DNA of 64,000 bases, from NCBI GenBank assembly GCA_040954595.2, contig CM082583.2, forward strand, positions 1,932,925-1,996,924, read 5' to 3'. The position numbers were made by a program, and so were the translations under genes. The DNA is from Balanoglossus misakiensis. Lineage: Eukaryota; Animalia; Hemichordata. The notes under the pieces are model-generated. The model saw only the letters and a program-made list of their open reading frames with translations. It was not told the DNA's origin and made no database searches. Shown one piece after another: positions 24,894 through 35,586 of this stretch (position 1 is its first letter; each line of letters starts with the position of its first letter).

Positions 24894-27065
24894 GAGATAC
24901 CCATGTGTATGACTTTCTGGCGACTGGAAGTTCCTCAGGGCCGATTTCCCATGCGTAGGGAGTGAACAGAAAAGAATACATAAAGACTATGGGCTACTAA
25001 ATGTAAAATGTTTTCTTGAGGGAGCCCCTAGACAGGACCTCAGTAAGGCGAGTTTTAGTCCTCCCTGCGTTCGGGGCGATGTTTGGTGTATGATAAACAC
25101 GGGATATCCGCTACTGGTTGAGTGGGGTCAATCTAGGAAGGCGAGATATAAAAGCATTTTTTTTTCTTTCTTTCTTTTATTTTATTCTCAAGACAACCTT
25201 TTAATTGTCACGGAGGGTTGTAAGCAAACCAGACTTTTCGTACATTTCAAGTTATCAAAGCATCACAGCAAGTTCTTAAGTGTGGGTGTCCGTGTAGCGT
25301 TTGCTCCATCTGAGTTGCTCAGGCATGTTTTGTGCGTCTGTATTTATATGCGTGAATGCGTTCCGTCTATGGTGCGAGCGGTTGGTCGAAAGTATGCGAT
25401 TGTGTGGGTGTGCATGAAGGCGTCTATTAGTGTGCAGGCGACCGAGAGAAGTATGCGTGTTAGTACAGTGTGCATGCGTGTACGTGGATGAGTAACCCAT
25501 GTTTTACTTGCTGTGACGAATAAATATAAACGAGCAAAGAGAGAGAAAAAACACAGCAATGTGGGTATACTACTTTCTTTTTGGGCAGGCTCTGGCAACA
25601 TGCCCTTTCTCACCGCAGACAAAGCATGTGACTAGTTCATCCTTATTTCTTTTCTCAGTGCGGCGATGCGGTTTCTGTCAATTCTTGCAGTTTTTTTTTT
25701 TTTTTTACCTGGCTTCTTTAGGTTCTCCAACTCCCTTTTCTGCAATACAAGTAAACGTACACATACAATAACTTCTCTGCCCATTACCACGGGTGGAAAG
25801 TATACTTGCTCTCCCGTACTGAAGACTCCCCTTTTGTTTACAGGGCGAGCGCCTCATTACATAGGCATCAGCAAATTCAAGGCGAACATGCGTCTGCTAC
25901 GTAAATGACCGCTCACATTGCTCCTCCCTCGAGCCTATGTATTTCCTTTGGCCTCAGCCACAATAATTCGGCGCTCTCGCAGTCATCACCGGATGAACTG
26001 CCTGGCCGGTCTCCTTGGCACTCATGGGTATAACCCACCCAGCTCTATTTAACAAACAAATGTTGGCGCTCTCGCAGTATATCACACTGCCTGGCCTGCC
26101 GCTCACTCCTGTAACTCCAAGTATTCGACGCATATTGCATAGAAAATAAAATTCAATCTCCATTCAGTTCTACCATGCCTGTTACGTAGGGGAAAGGAAT
26201 CGTTTTTTTTTTTTTTTTTTTTTTTTTTCAATTGGCGAAACAGGTGGTGTCAGGCCTAACAGGTGGCGGAATTTCAAATTGGTGATTTGGCCTTCCACCT
26301 GCACTAAGAAAATTCGAAAGCCGAAAAACAACGCGAGGGGAGAAATGTGGTGAACCGTAGTGCATAAAAAACAACAACAGGGGACCGAACTGCAAATCAA
26401 AACCGAAATGACCGGAGGCATACAAGGGGGAAAACTAACCCTGGTTACACTGCTGCTGACGCCTGTTGCCTCTCCACTTGCTGGTTTTGGTGCAGCATTT
26501 TGCTGGGGTGTGGCACCACCGGGACCGGGTCTTGGATGGCGACCGGATAGTTGTGCGGAGTCCTGGTGTGAGTCCACAAAAGCTCGAACTGCGGAACCAG
26601 TTTGAGCCATGGTTCGTGCTGTCGTGGCCTATTGCAAGGGAGGGACAGACTGTACGTTGCTCGTTGCTTTTATACTTCGGCTCATTTGCATATGGCGGAT
26701 GGATATCGCTCTGTGCCGCGGTTTTGAATAAGCCAGTCACTCTACATGCGATCGTAAGTTGTAAGTTCAAAGGTCATGAAACTAAAAAAAAGAAAATTAC
26801 AGGCATGAAACACTTCACGTCATCAGATCATGCCTGTATTTTTTTTTACTTTAATGACCTTTGAACCTTATACATCATCTTGTGACCCTTGGCTCAGCTC
26901 AGTGAGCAACAGGCCAAATTTAGCATCAACCCATACAAGGCAGTCAGTAGAGAATGCAGAAAAAGTCGAACCAGCTATATACCGCTTGCTATGAACTGTT
27001 TTGACAGCACTAGTCATTTGTGGTGAATGAGCAGGCCCCGGCAATACATCGTAACTTGCAGCTTA

Positions 27066-27360
27066 GGGACCGTTCAGCTTTTACGGCTGGGGGGGGGTGT
27101 TGTAAGTTTGGGTCATCTGTTTTCGAAAACAGGCAGACCCCCTTCACCCTGGACCAAAAAATGACGACTCCCCTTTGACAGACAACAAAATATGATGACC
27201 CCCCCCCCGAAAACATGACACAACTACTTGTGGAGGAAAACGGTTTCTTTCCAAGAGCCTGCTCGCCGTCCTGATTTTATGTTTACTGTATGTAGTAAAG
27301 GGAAAGAGGCTCCCCACACCTGAATTATAAATATCATTAAGAAATTTAGAATTGGGGTGT
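27066..27360. mobile_element. One-ended fragment of a Harbinger MITE family 1 relative
   Basis: TTA-GGGACCGTTCAGCTTTTACGGC followed by sequence resembling the reverse complement of the family-1 right end; no second TIR seen. Confidence 0.7.
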
Positions 27361-27699
27361 ATATCGAGCCAATGAAGTTTGGCTTTCCTCGAGCCCGCGC
27401 CTATAAACAAACGTTAATGGTCAGGGCGGAGTCAGTCATTTCCATTATATCACCAACGAACTCAAGAAAACCGTCAAAAATTACGAAATGTCCCACGCAA
27501 ATGAATATAGGGCCCCGGAACTTGTGTTACGCAAAATGTTGTATTCACTGAACTGTATGCTAATATTACTATTCAGATTTTCGGGCATGTAAACAAACCA
27601 TTACTGAGTATTTGTGGTCAGTGACGTCGTTCATCTTGACCAATTAAAATGCGACGCACAGGCCATGGTAATATAATAGTTAATAGTATGGCGTTGCAA

Positions 27700-28125
27700 T
27701 AAAGAAATTTATAATATACCTCATGCTAATACTGTGCCGTGATTCGCCAGAATCCGTCACGTGATAGGAAAATAGAATCGACTATGAACCGCTAGGTAAA
27801 TAGCAGAAAAAATATAAACCGGTCACGTGACCAACGTGGTCACGTCAATCAGCGTCGTGTCGTCTGACACAATGGCCACCGCTGAAGATGTCGTCTGCCA
27901 GCCTCAAGAGAGAATTGCAAGATTTTCCCAGCTGTTAGCATGAGGTTTATATTCGGGCAATAGCAGCCGTTTTTACCCCCTCGTGACTGTGAGTTACCAG
28001 AATCATATGCTATTTCCCTCGGCCTGCGGCCTCGGGAAATAGCATATGATTCTGGTAACTCACAGCCCCTCGGGTGTAATAAACGGCCGCTATGGCCCTC
28101 ATGGCCAGGCAATAGGTGTTCAATA
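27700..28125. mobile_element. Crypton-like non-autonomous element with a long central palindrome
   Basis: Hairpin ~27960-28093: GTGAGTTACCAGAATCATATGCTATTTCCC-TCGGCCTGCGGCCTC-GGGAAATAGCATATGATTCTGGTAACTCAC. The CCCTCGGCCTGCGGCCTCGGG core is typical of Crypton/Eulor-type palindromic repeats. Outer boundaries are approximate. Confidence 0.6.
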
Positions 28126-28138
28126 TGAATAAATTATA

Positions 28139-28365
28139 ATGCTACACCATTGAGCGCATAGCCCGACTTGGCCAATTTTTGTGGGTAACCGATCGACCTT
28201 TCATAGCTTATAAGGCAAGTGGGATGAAAACAATGTGGTTTGTTTTGTTCTGCAAAAAGTGGTTTTAAAATTCAGACATTTGCAGAAAAAGGAAAAAACG
28301 GAAACTTGCGATAAAAAATATTACCCTTCCGTCTACACTTTAATGGAAAATTGGGGAAAATATTA
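28139..28365 (-). repeat. 5S non-transcribed spacer of the adjacent (truncated) unit; native 5S unit is about 381 bp
   Basis: GCTACACCATTGA at 28141 and 28522. The uninterrupted spacer continues past GTTCTGCAAAAA into non-retroelement sequence. Confidence 0.8.
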
Positions 28366-28484
28366 AGCCTACAGCACGTAGTATTCCCAGACGGTCTCCC
28401 GTCCAAGTACTAACTATGCCCAACGCAGGTTTGCTTCGGTGATCAGACGAGAACCGGCTTATTCTACGTGGTATGGCCGTAGGC
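28366..28484 (-). rRNA. 5S rRNA: 5S rRNA gene, full length (119 nt), divergent variant
   Basis: Minus strand reads GCCTACGGCCATACCACGTAGAATAAGCCGGTTCTCGTCTGATCACCGAAGCAAACCTGCGTTGGGCATAGTTAGTACTTGGACGGGAGACCGTCTGGGAATACTACGTGCTGTAGGCT. The terminal helix pairs, the AGTACTTGGA/box C region is intact, and a T4 run follows. Confidence 0.93.
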
Positions 28485-28640
28485 GAAGGATTGTTGAAAT
28501 TCTCCTGCTATGAACCCGAATGCTACACCATTGAACACGTATCCCTACTTGGCCAATTTTAGTGGGTAACCGATCGACCTTTCATAGCTTATAAGGCAAG
28601 TGGGATGAAAAAAAATGTGGTTTGTTTTGTTCTGCAAAAA

Positions 28641-29980
28641 AAGAGGTATACCAAATAATATCATTAGAATTCTATCTGTTGTGTTAAACTTATTTACATT
28701 ACAGGCACTGTAAATATACCCGAAAACAAGTTGCCACAAGGATTGAATTGTCTGGCAGCACACAAGCAAATGATACACGTCTTCGGGGGGAAATGTGCAG
28801 AAGTCACAAGTAGGACTAAGGATTTTGCCTGCTTTGTAAAGACGAAGGTTACAAAAAACTGCGTTGTGACAAATGAGATAATCCAGATCACCTAGGTAGT
28901 TATCCTTGAAATTTGTGTAAACCTTACTAAAATCAAAGTTTGGCAGGTGGAAAAGCCAATACTGAACACCCGTGGGCACTGTTTTTCTCAGATGTCGAGC
29001 AATTGTAGTAATGTGTCTAACTTTAAGAGAATGGAAAGGAACACGTTGATTATGAGCATTAACAATAAAGAGTGACGGGTTTTTGTCCACTTTGTTATAA
29101 TTTTTGTAATTACTCTGCAGAATATCATGCCACTTTTGTGGAATTGAATTGAGGATAATATGGTACTGCTTCTCAACAGTATTGCTTGTGGGAGTGTAGG
29201 GATGGGCCAATGAAACCATGTCACGAATTGCATCAACAGGTAGGAACCCAGGAATGACCTCGTATAACAAATCTCTGATTTCAACAATGCCAGCTGAGCT
29301 GAAAAGTTTTATGATCGGCAGAGGGCGCCCTTCAACACTTGTAATGAAGGGGTTGTGAAACATGGGTTCATTGATAATTTCATCGTAGGAAATTGGTTGT
29401 GCACGTGAATACCTGAAAAGATGCGACCAAGACTGAAAAAGTTCCCTGTAGAATGTAGAACACTGGCGTAAGTTGGCAGTATAAAGTAACATTTTAAAAG
29501 TGTCAACACCACAATTGAGATTGAGATACTTATTTAAGTTGTAGGTGACAAACAACTTGAATTTGTGTACATAATCTTTATCCTGTAATTTACACAACCA
29601 CTTGAGACGAAGTGCTGGCACTTTGTCTTGAATATTTGTGATTTTTAGTCCCCCATCTTGAATGTCGGAAGTGATGACATCATATTTCACCCTGTGATGA
29701 CCTTTGCTCAAGAAGAAATTACAGATCATTCAAAATTTGTATGTGTTGCTGAGGCAAAGAAACAACAGATGCCCGGTACCAAAGAGTAGACGTAACAAGG
29801 GAGTTGATAATATGGGTTTTCCCTTTGTAGGACAAATGACCAAGATTTTAGAATTCTACAGATTTTTTGAATGCGCTGAGCCCAATTGAAATCATCTGCA
29901 ACTGACTTGTCATGACTCAGCATGACACCAAGAATGACCAGGCCATCCGGTTGAAGCTTAACAGGTAAAGGGCAGTCAGT
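28641..29980 (-). mobile_element. Tx1/L1-clade non-LTR retrotransposon ORF2 C-terminal fragment, copy 1
   Basis: ORF 28545..29729 contains DGGLKITNI..LRLKWL, NEPMFHNPFI and the zf-RVT motif CDFC...EDVYHLLVCC...ILFG. Its last ~30 codons are read-through into the 5S spacer. Confidence 0.9.
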
Positions 29981-30018
29981 ACGAGAACCGGCTTATTCTA
30001 CGTGGTATGGCCGTAAGC
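29981..30018 (-). pseudogene. 5S rRNA 5' fragment (nt 1-38)
   Basis: Matches 28447-28484; fused to Tx1 sequence through an ACG microhomology. Confidence 0.9.
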
Positions 30019-30175
30019 GAAGGATGCTGGAATTTCTCCTGCTATAAACCCGAATGCTACACCATTGAACACGTATCCTGACTTGGCCAATTTTTGTGGG
30101 TAACCGATCGACCTTTCATAGCTTATAAGGCATGTGGGATGAAAAAAATGTGGTTTGTTTTGTTCTGCAAAAAAA

Positions 30176-31516
30176 GAGGTATATCAAATAATATCATTAG
30201 AATTCTGTCTGTTGTGTTAAACGTATTTACATTACAGGCACTGTAAATATACTGACAGCTGACAAGTTGCCACAAGGATTGAATTGTCTGGCAGCACACA
30301 AGCAAATGATACACGTCTTCGGGGGGAAATGTGCAGAAGTCACAAGTAGGACTAAGGATTTTGCCTGCTTTGTAAAGATGAAGGTTACTAAAAACTGCGT
30401 TGTGACAAATGAGATAATCCAGATCACCCAGGTAGTTATCCTTGAAATTTGTGTAAACCTTACTAAAATCAAAGTTTGGCAAGTGAAAGAGCCAATACTG
30501 AACACCCGTTGGCACTGTTTTTCTCAGATGTCGAGCAATTGTAGTAATGTGTCTAACTTTAAGAGAATGGAAAGGAACACGTTGATCATGAGCATTAACA
30601 ATAAAGAGAGACGGGTTTTTGTCCACTTTGTTATAATCTTTGTAATTACTCTGCAGAATACCATGCCACTTTTGAGGAATTGAATTGAGGATAATATGGT
30701 ACTGCTTCTCAACAGTATTGCTTGTGGGAGTGTAGGGATGGGCCAATGAAACCATGTCACGAATTGCATCAACAGGTAGGAACCCAGGAATGACCTCGTA
30801 TAACAAATCTCTGATTTCAACAATGCCAGCTGAGCTGAAAAGTTTTATGATCGGCAGAGGGCGCCCTTCAACACTTGTAATGCAGGGGTTGTGAAAAATG
30901 GGTTCATTGATAATTTCATCGTAGGAAATTGGTTGTGCACGTGAATACCTGAAAAGATGCGACCAAGACTGAAAAAGTTCCCTGTAGAATGCAGAACACT
31001 GGCGTAAGTTGGCAGGATAAAGTAACATTTTAAAAGTGTCAACACCACAATTGAGATTGAGATACTTATTTAAGTTGTAGGTGACAAACAACTTGAATTT
31101 GTGTACATAATCTTTATCTTGTAATTTACACAACCACTTGAGACGAAGTGCTGGCACTTTGTCTTGAATATTTGTGATTTTTAGTCCCCCATCTTGAATG
31201 TCGGAAGTGATGACATCATATTTCACCCTGTGATGACCTTAGCTCAAGAAGAAATTACAGATCATTCAAAATGTGTATGTGTTGCTGAGGCAAAGAAACA
31301 ACAGATGCCCGGTACCAAAGAGTAGACGTAACAAGGGAGTTGATAATAAGGGTTTTCCCTTTGTAGGACAAATGACCAAGATTTTAGAATTCTACAGATT
31401 TTTTGAATGCGCTGAGCCCAATTGAAATCATCTGCAACTGACTTGTCATGACTCAGCATGACACCAAGAATGACCAGGCCATCCGGTTGAAGCTTAACAG
31501 GTAAAGGGCAGTCAGT
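30176..31516 (-). mobile_element. Tx1/L1-clade ORF2 fragment, copy 2
   Basis: ORF 30123..31226 is nearly identical to copy 1; period 1536 bp; same two junctions. Confidence 0.9.
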
Positions 31517-31554
31517 ACGAGAACCGGCTTATTCTACGTGGTATGACCGTAAGC
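31517..31554 (-). pseudogene. 5S rRNA 5' fragment (nt 1-38)
   Basis: Same junction as 29981-30018, 1536 bp further on. Confidence 0.9.
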
Positions 31555-31709
31555 GAAGGATGCTGGAATTTCTCCTGCTATAAACCCGAATGCTACACCA
31601 TTGAACACGTATCCTGACTTGGCCAATTTTTGTGGGTAACCGATCGACCTTTCATAGCTTATAAGGCATGTGGGATGAAAAAAATATGGTTTGTTTTGTT
31701 CTGCAAAAA

Positions 31710-34555
31710 AGAGGTATACCAAATATTATCATTAGAATTCTATCTGTTGTGTTAAACTTATTTACATTACAGGCACTGTAAATATACTCGAAAACAAGTT
31801 GCCACAAGGATTTAATTGTCTGGCAGCACACAAGCAAATGATACACGTCTTCAGGGGGAAATGTGCAGAAGTCACAAGTAGGACTAAGGATTTTGCCTGC
31901 TTTGTAAAGACGAAGGTTACTAAAAACTGCGTTGTGACAAATGAGATAATCCAGATCACCCAGGTAGTTATCCTTGAAATTTGTGTAAACCTTACTAAAA
32001 TCAAAGTTTGGCAAGTGAAAGAGCCAATACTGAACACCCGTGGACACTGTTTTTCTCAGATGTCGAGCAATTGTAGTAATGTGTCTAACTTTAAGAGAAT
32101 GGAAAGGAACACGTTGATCATGAGCATTAACAATAAAGAGAGACGGGTTTTTGTCCACTTTGTTATAATTTTTGTAATTACTCTGCAGAATATCATGCCA
32201 CTTTTGAGGAATTGAATTGAGGATAATATGGTACTGCTTCTCAACAGTATTGCTTGTGGGAGTGTAGGGATGGGCCAATGAAAACATGTCACGAATTGCA
32301 TCAACAGGTATATAGGAACCCATGAATACGATGCTGAAGTTAGTGTCGGTTTCGGATTCAGTTTCGGATTCGGTTTCGGATTCGGGTACGAGAGACTGAA
32401 AATAGTTAAGCATTTTCGAGCGACCATCGCGGTTTGGCATCTGCAGTACGAGTATGAAAATAACTCTGTAAAAATATGAATATATTTGATGTTATGTATG
32501 ATATTTTTGGCACCAAAACACTGTTTTTTCACATCGGAAATTGTTAAATACGTATTTTATTATCGAAAAAACATACTTCGATGATAGAAAGAAAATATTT
32601 TGTAATTTTCGGTTTGAATAAACATCTTTTGGGTGAGAAAAATGTCATACATAATAAGTACAGATTAAATCAAATTTATTCGTGTTTTAGTAAATTAATT
32701 TTCATTCTCGTACTGCAGATGCCAAACCGCGATGGTTGCCCGTAAATGCTAAACTACTTTCAGTCTCTCCATCACGAATCCGAAACCAAATCCGAAACTT
32801 AATCCGAAACCAAATCCGAGTCTTACTTCAGTATCGTCCCAGGAGTGACCTCGTATAACAAATCTCTGATTTTGACAATGCCAGCTGAGCTGAAAAGTTT
32901 TATGATCGGCAGAGGGCGCCCTTCAACACTTGTAATGAAGGGGTTGTGAAAAATGGGTTCATTGATAATTTCATCGTAGGAAATTGGTTGTGCACGTGAA
33001 TACCTGAAAAGATGCGACCAAGACTGAAAAAGTTCCCTGTAGAATGTAGAACACTGGCGTAAGTTGGCAGGATAAAGTAACATTTTAAAAGTGTCAACAC
33101 CACAATTGAGATTGAGATACTTATTTAAGTTGTAGGTGACAAACAACTTGAATTTGTGTACATAACCCTTTGAGGGACAATTTATGAAATGACCAAGATT
33201 TCAGAATTCTGCAGACTTTTGGAATGCGCTGAGCCCAATTGAAATCATTAGCAACTGATTTGTCATGACTCAACATGACACCAGGAATGACCATGCCATC
33301 CGGTTGAAGCAGGACAGGTAAGGGGCAGTCAGTACGTCCTCTATTGTTTCCTATCCACATCAAAGCACTATTGTTCAAATTAACCTTTGACCCAGAAGCT
33401 TTACCGTAATCACAAAAAACCTGATACGTTTCGCGGATAGAATGGTCATCGCTAACGGTAAGTGTGGTAACGGTGAGGAAGATACAGTACTGCCAGGAAT
33501 TTGAATACCATGTATGATGTGGTTACGCTGAATAGCGGCATTTAGAGGCCAAGCCGACAGCACGTACAACATTGCTGACAGCGGGCACCCTTGTCTGACA
33601 CTTCGTTTAATTAACACCGAGTCAGACAAAAACCCGTTAATTTTTACATTACGTATAACCTGGTTGTACAGTATCGAAATCCATTAAACAAAATTGTCAC
33701 CGAACCTGAACGCCCTCTGTGTGTTAAGCAAATACTTGTGATCAACACGATCAAAGGCTTTCATCTGATCAAATTTCAGAATGGCACCTGAACAGATACT
33801 GGACTCAACATGATGAATAAGATCTCCCATACAGAAAACATTGTCCACAATGTCACGACCTGGGACACAGCAAGTTTGATCTGGGCTGACAATGGAGGGC
33901 CTAATTCTATTGAGCCTAATGGCAAGTGTTTAAGCAAGAATGTTGTAATCACAGTTGAGGAGGGTTATAGGGCGCCAATTTTTAATGTAACGGGGGTCAC
34001 TGTCTGCTTTAGGGATTAAGGTAATAAGACCAGTTTTCCACTCATCGGGGAGAATGTTATTGGAGTAAATACAGTTGAAAATGTCAAGCAAATCATCTTT
34101 GATATCTTCCCAAAAGTGAAGATAAAATTCGTACGGTAAACCATCAGCGCCTGGGCTTTGATTATGAATACATTTAGGGCAAAGGTCACCTCTTCTACCG
34201 AAGACTCTGAATCGGCGACAGCGCACTCCTCATCAGAAACAGTATTTGTGATGTAACTAAGGAAAGTATTTTGAAGTGCAAGATCACAAGGCTCAGTGTT
34301 ATAAAGCTTAGAGTAAAATGCATGAGCTTCTGAAATTATATCAGTGATGTCGGTGAGAATTTCATTGTTGTCATAATTAAGGATTTGATGCATTTTTTTC
34401 CTGCTTAGACTTTTCGAGGTTAAAGAAAAACCGAGTGGATTTCTCACCCTCCTCATACCACTGAATCTTGGAACGGATTAAGGCCACCTGGGTTTCTAAG
34501 GAAATAATGTTGTCAAGGTCTTCTTGAATGATATGTGCATTAATAAGATCATAGT
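31710..34555 (-). mobile_element. Tx1/L1-clade retrotransposon, longer copy 3 with a frameshifted RT domain, a MITE insertion and an internal deletion
   Basis: PGADGLPYEFY..FW, KNWRPITLLNCDY, DQMKAFDRVDH and SVRQGCPLS motifs at 33500-34200. Same 3' junction as copies 1-2. About 245 bp missing near 33165. Confidence 0.9.
32328..32837. mobile_element. Mutator-like MITE (long TIRs, 9-bp TSD) inserted in Tx1 copy 3
   Basis: ~135-bp imperfect TIRs ACGATGCTGAAGT...ACTTCAGTATCGT with GGTTTCGGATTC repeats. The empty site in copies 1-2 is CCCAGGAAT, seen here as CCCATGAAT and CCCAGGAGT on either side. Confidence 0.85.
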
Positions 34556-34585
34556 CGGCTTATTCTAAGTGGTATGGCCGTAGGC
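34556..34585 (-). pseudogene. 5S rRNA 5' fragment (nt 1-30), with upstream spacer to ~34714
   Basis: CGGCTTATTCTAAGTGGTATGGCCGTAGGC followed by the same spacer as 28485-28612. Confidence 0.88.
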
Positions 34586-35115
34586 GAAAGATGCTTGAAT
34601 TTCTCCTGCTATAAACCTGAATCCTACACCATTGAACACGTATCCTGACTTGGCCAATTTTAGTGGGTAACCGATTGACCTTTCATAGCTTATAAGGCAA
34701 GTGGGATGAAAAAACACCAACAGCACTGTTTCCTCTTTTCCGGGTAGAACTAAATGTATGCCTGTCTGTTTACATTGCAATCTCTGGTGTTGTCTGAACG
34801 AAGACATGCATCACAGGAAAACGCTCGTGCCAGCTTTCACGTCTCATGTCGTATTTAACTGACATCGCAGAGAAGCCAATGCTGCAGCTATCAGCGTGAA
34901 ACTAAGACTCTGGGAGACTGGTCAAATATGGGAGGAGCCCATCCCATGACATTTGAAAACTTCCTGGTACGAGACTTGCTTGTCCATGTCGCGACTTGAT
35001 CGCGATTGCAGCTACAAGCTGCAAATTTGTGTTAGGGAATAATAACTTCCCTGTCACAAAACGAGTTCACTGCAAGGTAACACAAATAAAAGAGGAATTT
35101 CGTAATTTTACTATT

Positions 35116-35377
35116 TAGTAAAAAATAAAAAATATGTACTTTTCCGATTACCCGACCTACCCTAATTTTACCCCACTGACCCTAAAGTTTTTAGCGTTAG
35201 TAAACTCGGAAGTAAAAATAACGATGTCAAATATACAACATTTTTATGGAAATCACGCGAGAACTATGATGTCATTCTTCTACACTACGCCGGCCAGGGA
35301 AATAAACAAACATTGCAGAAAATCCCCTGCCTACCTACCCTATTTTTTGAAAACCATGTAATCATATATTTTTGGCC
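35116..35377. mobile_element. Second copy of MITE family 4 (left end decayed)
   Basis: TTCCGATTACCCGACCTACCCTAATTTTA...TTTTTGGCC-TTA, colinear with 23491-23743. Confidence 0.7.
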
Positions 35378-35586
35378 TTATTTGTAATGGGTAGGAACTC
35401 CGAACGTTACTCATCCTGTCCGTCAAGTTTTTATACCTTGATGACTTAAGACTCACATGCAGTCGATGTGTATACAGATGATCCCTTTATATATATTGTT
35501 TATTCGGTAAATATAGGCCACCGGCCTTCCTTACAATCGATACAGTAAACATACAGACCAACTTTAGGTCAGCTATACATTACACG

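Noticed and set aside
26182-26864. Overlapping 111-142-aa ORFs
   Set aside because: Low-information sequence running into a poly-T tract; no domain I can support.
28366-28640. 5S-derived SINE (SINE3)
   Set aside because: The full 5S copy is followed by a T-run and spacer that leads into the next unit's upstream region, as in an rDNA array, not by a LINE-derived tail. The 30-38-nt fragments lack the internal promoter boxes.
28545-29729. 394-aa ORF as an intact gene
   Set aside because: It is a fragment of retrotransposon ORF2 without endonuclease or RT, has a non-ATG start and reads through into the 5S spacer.
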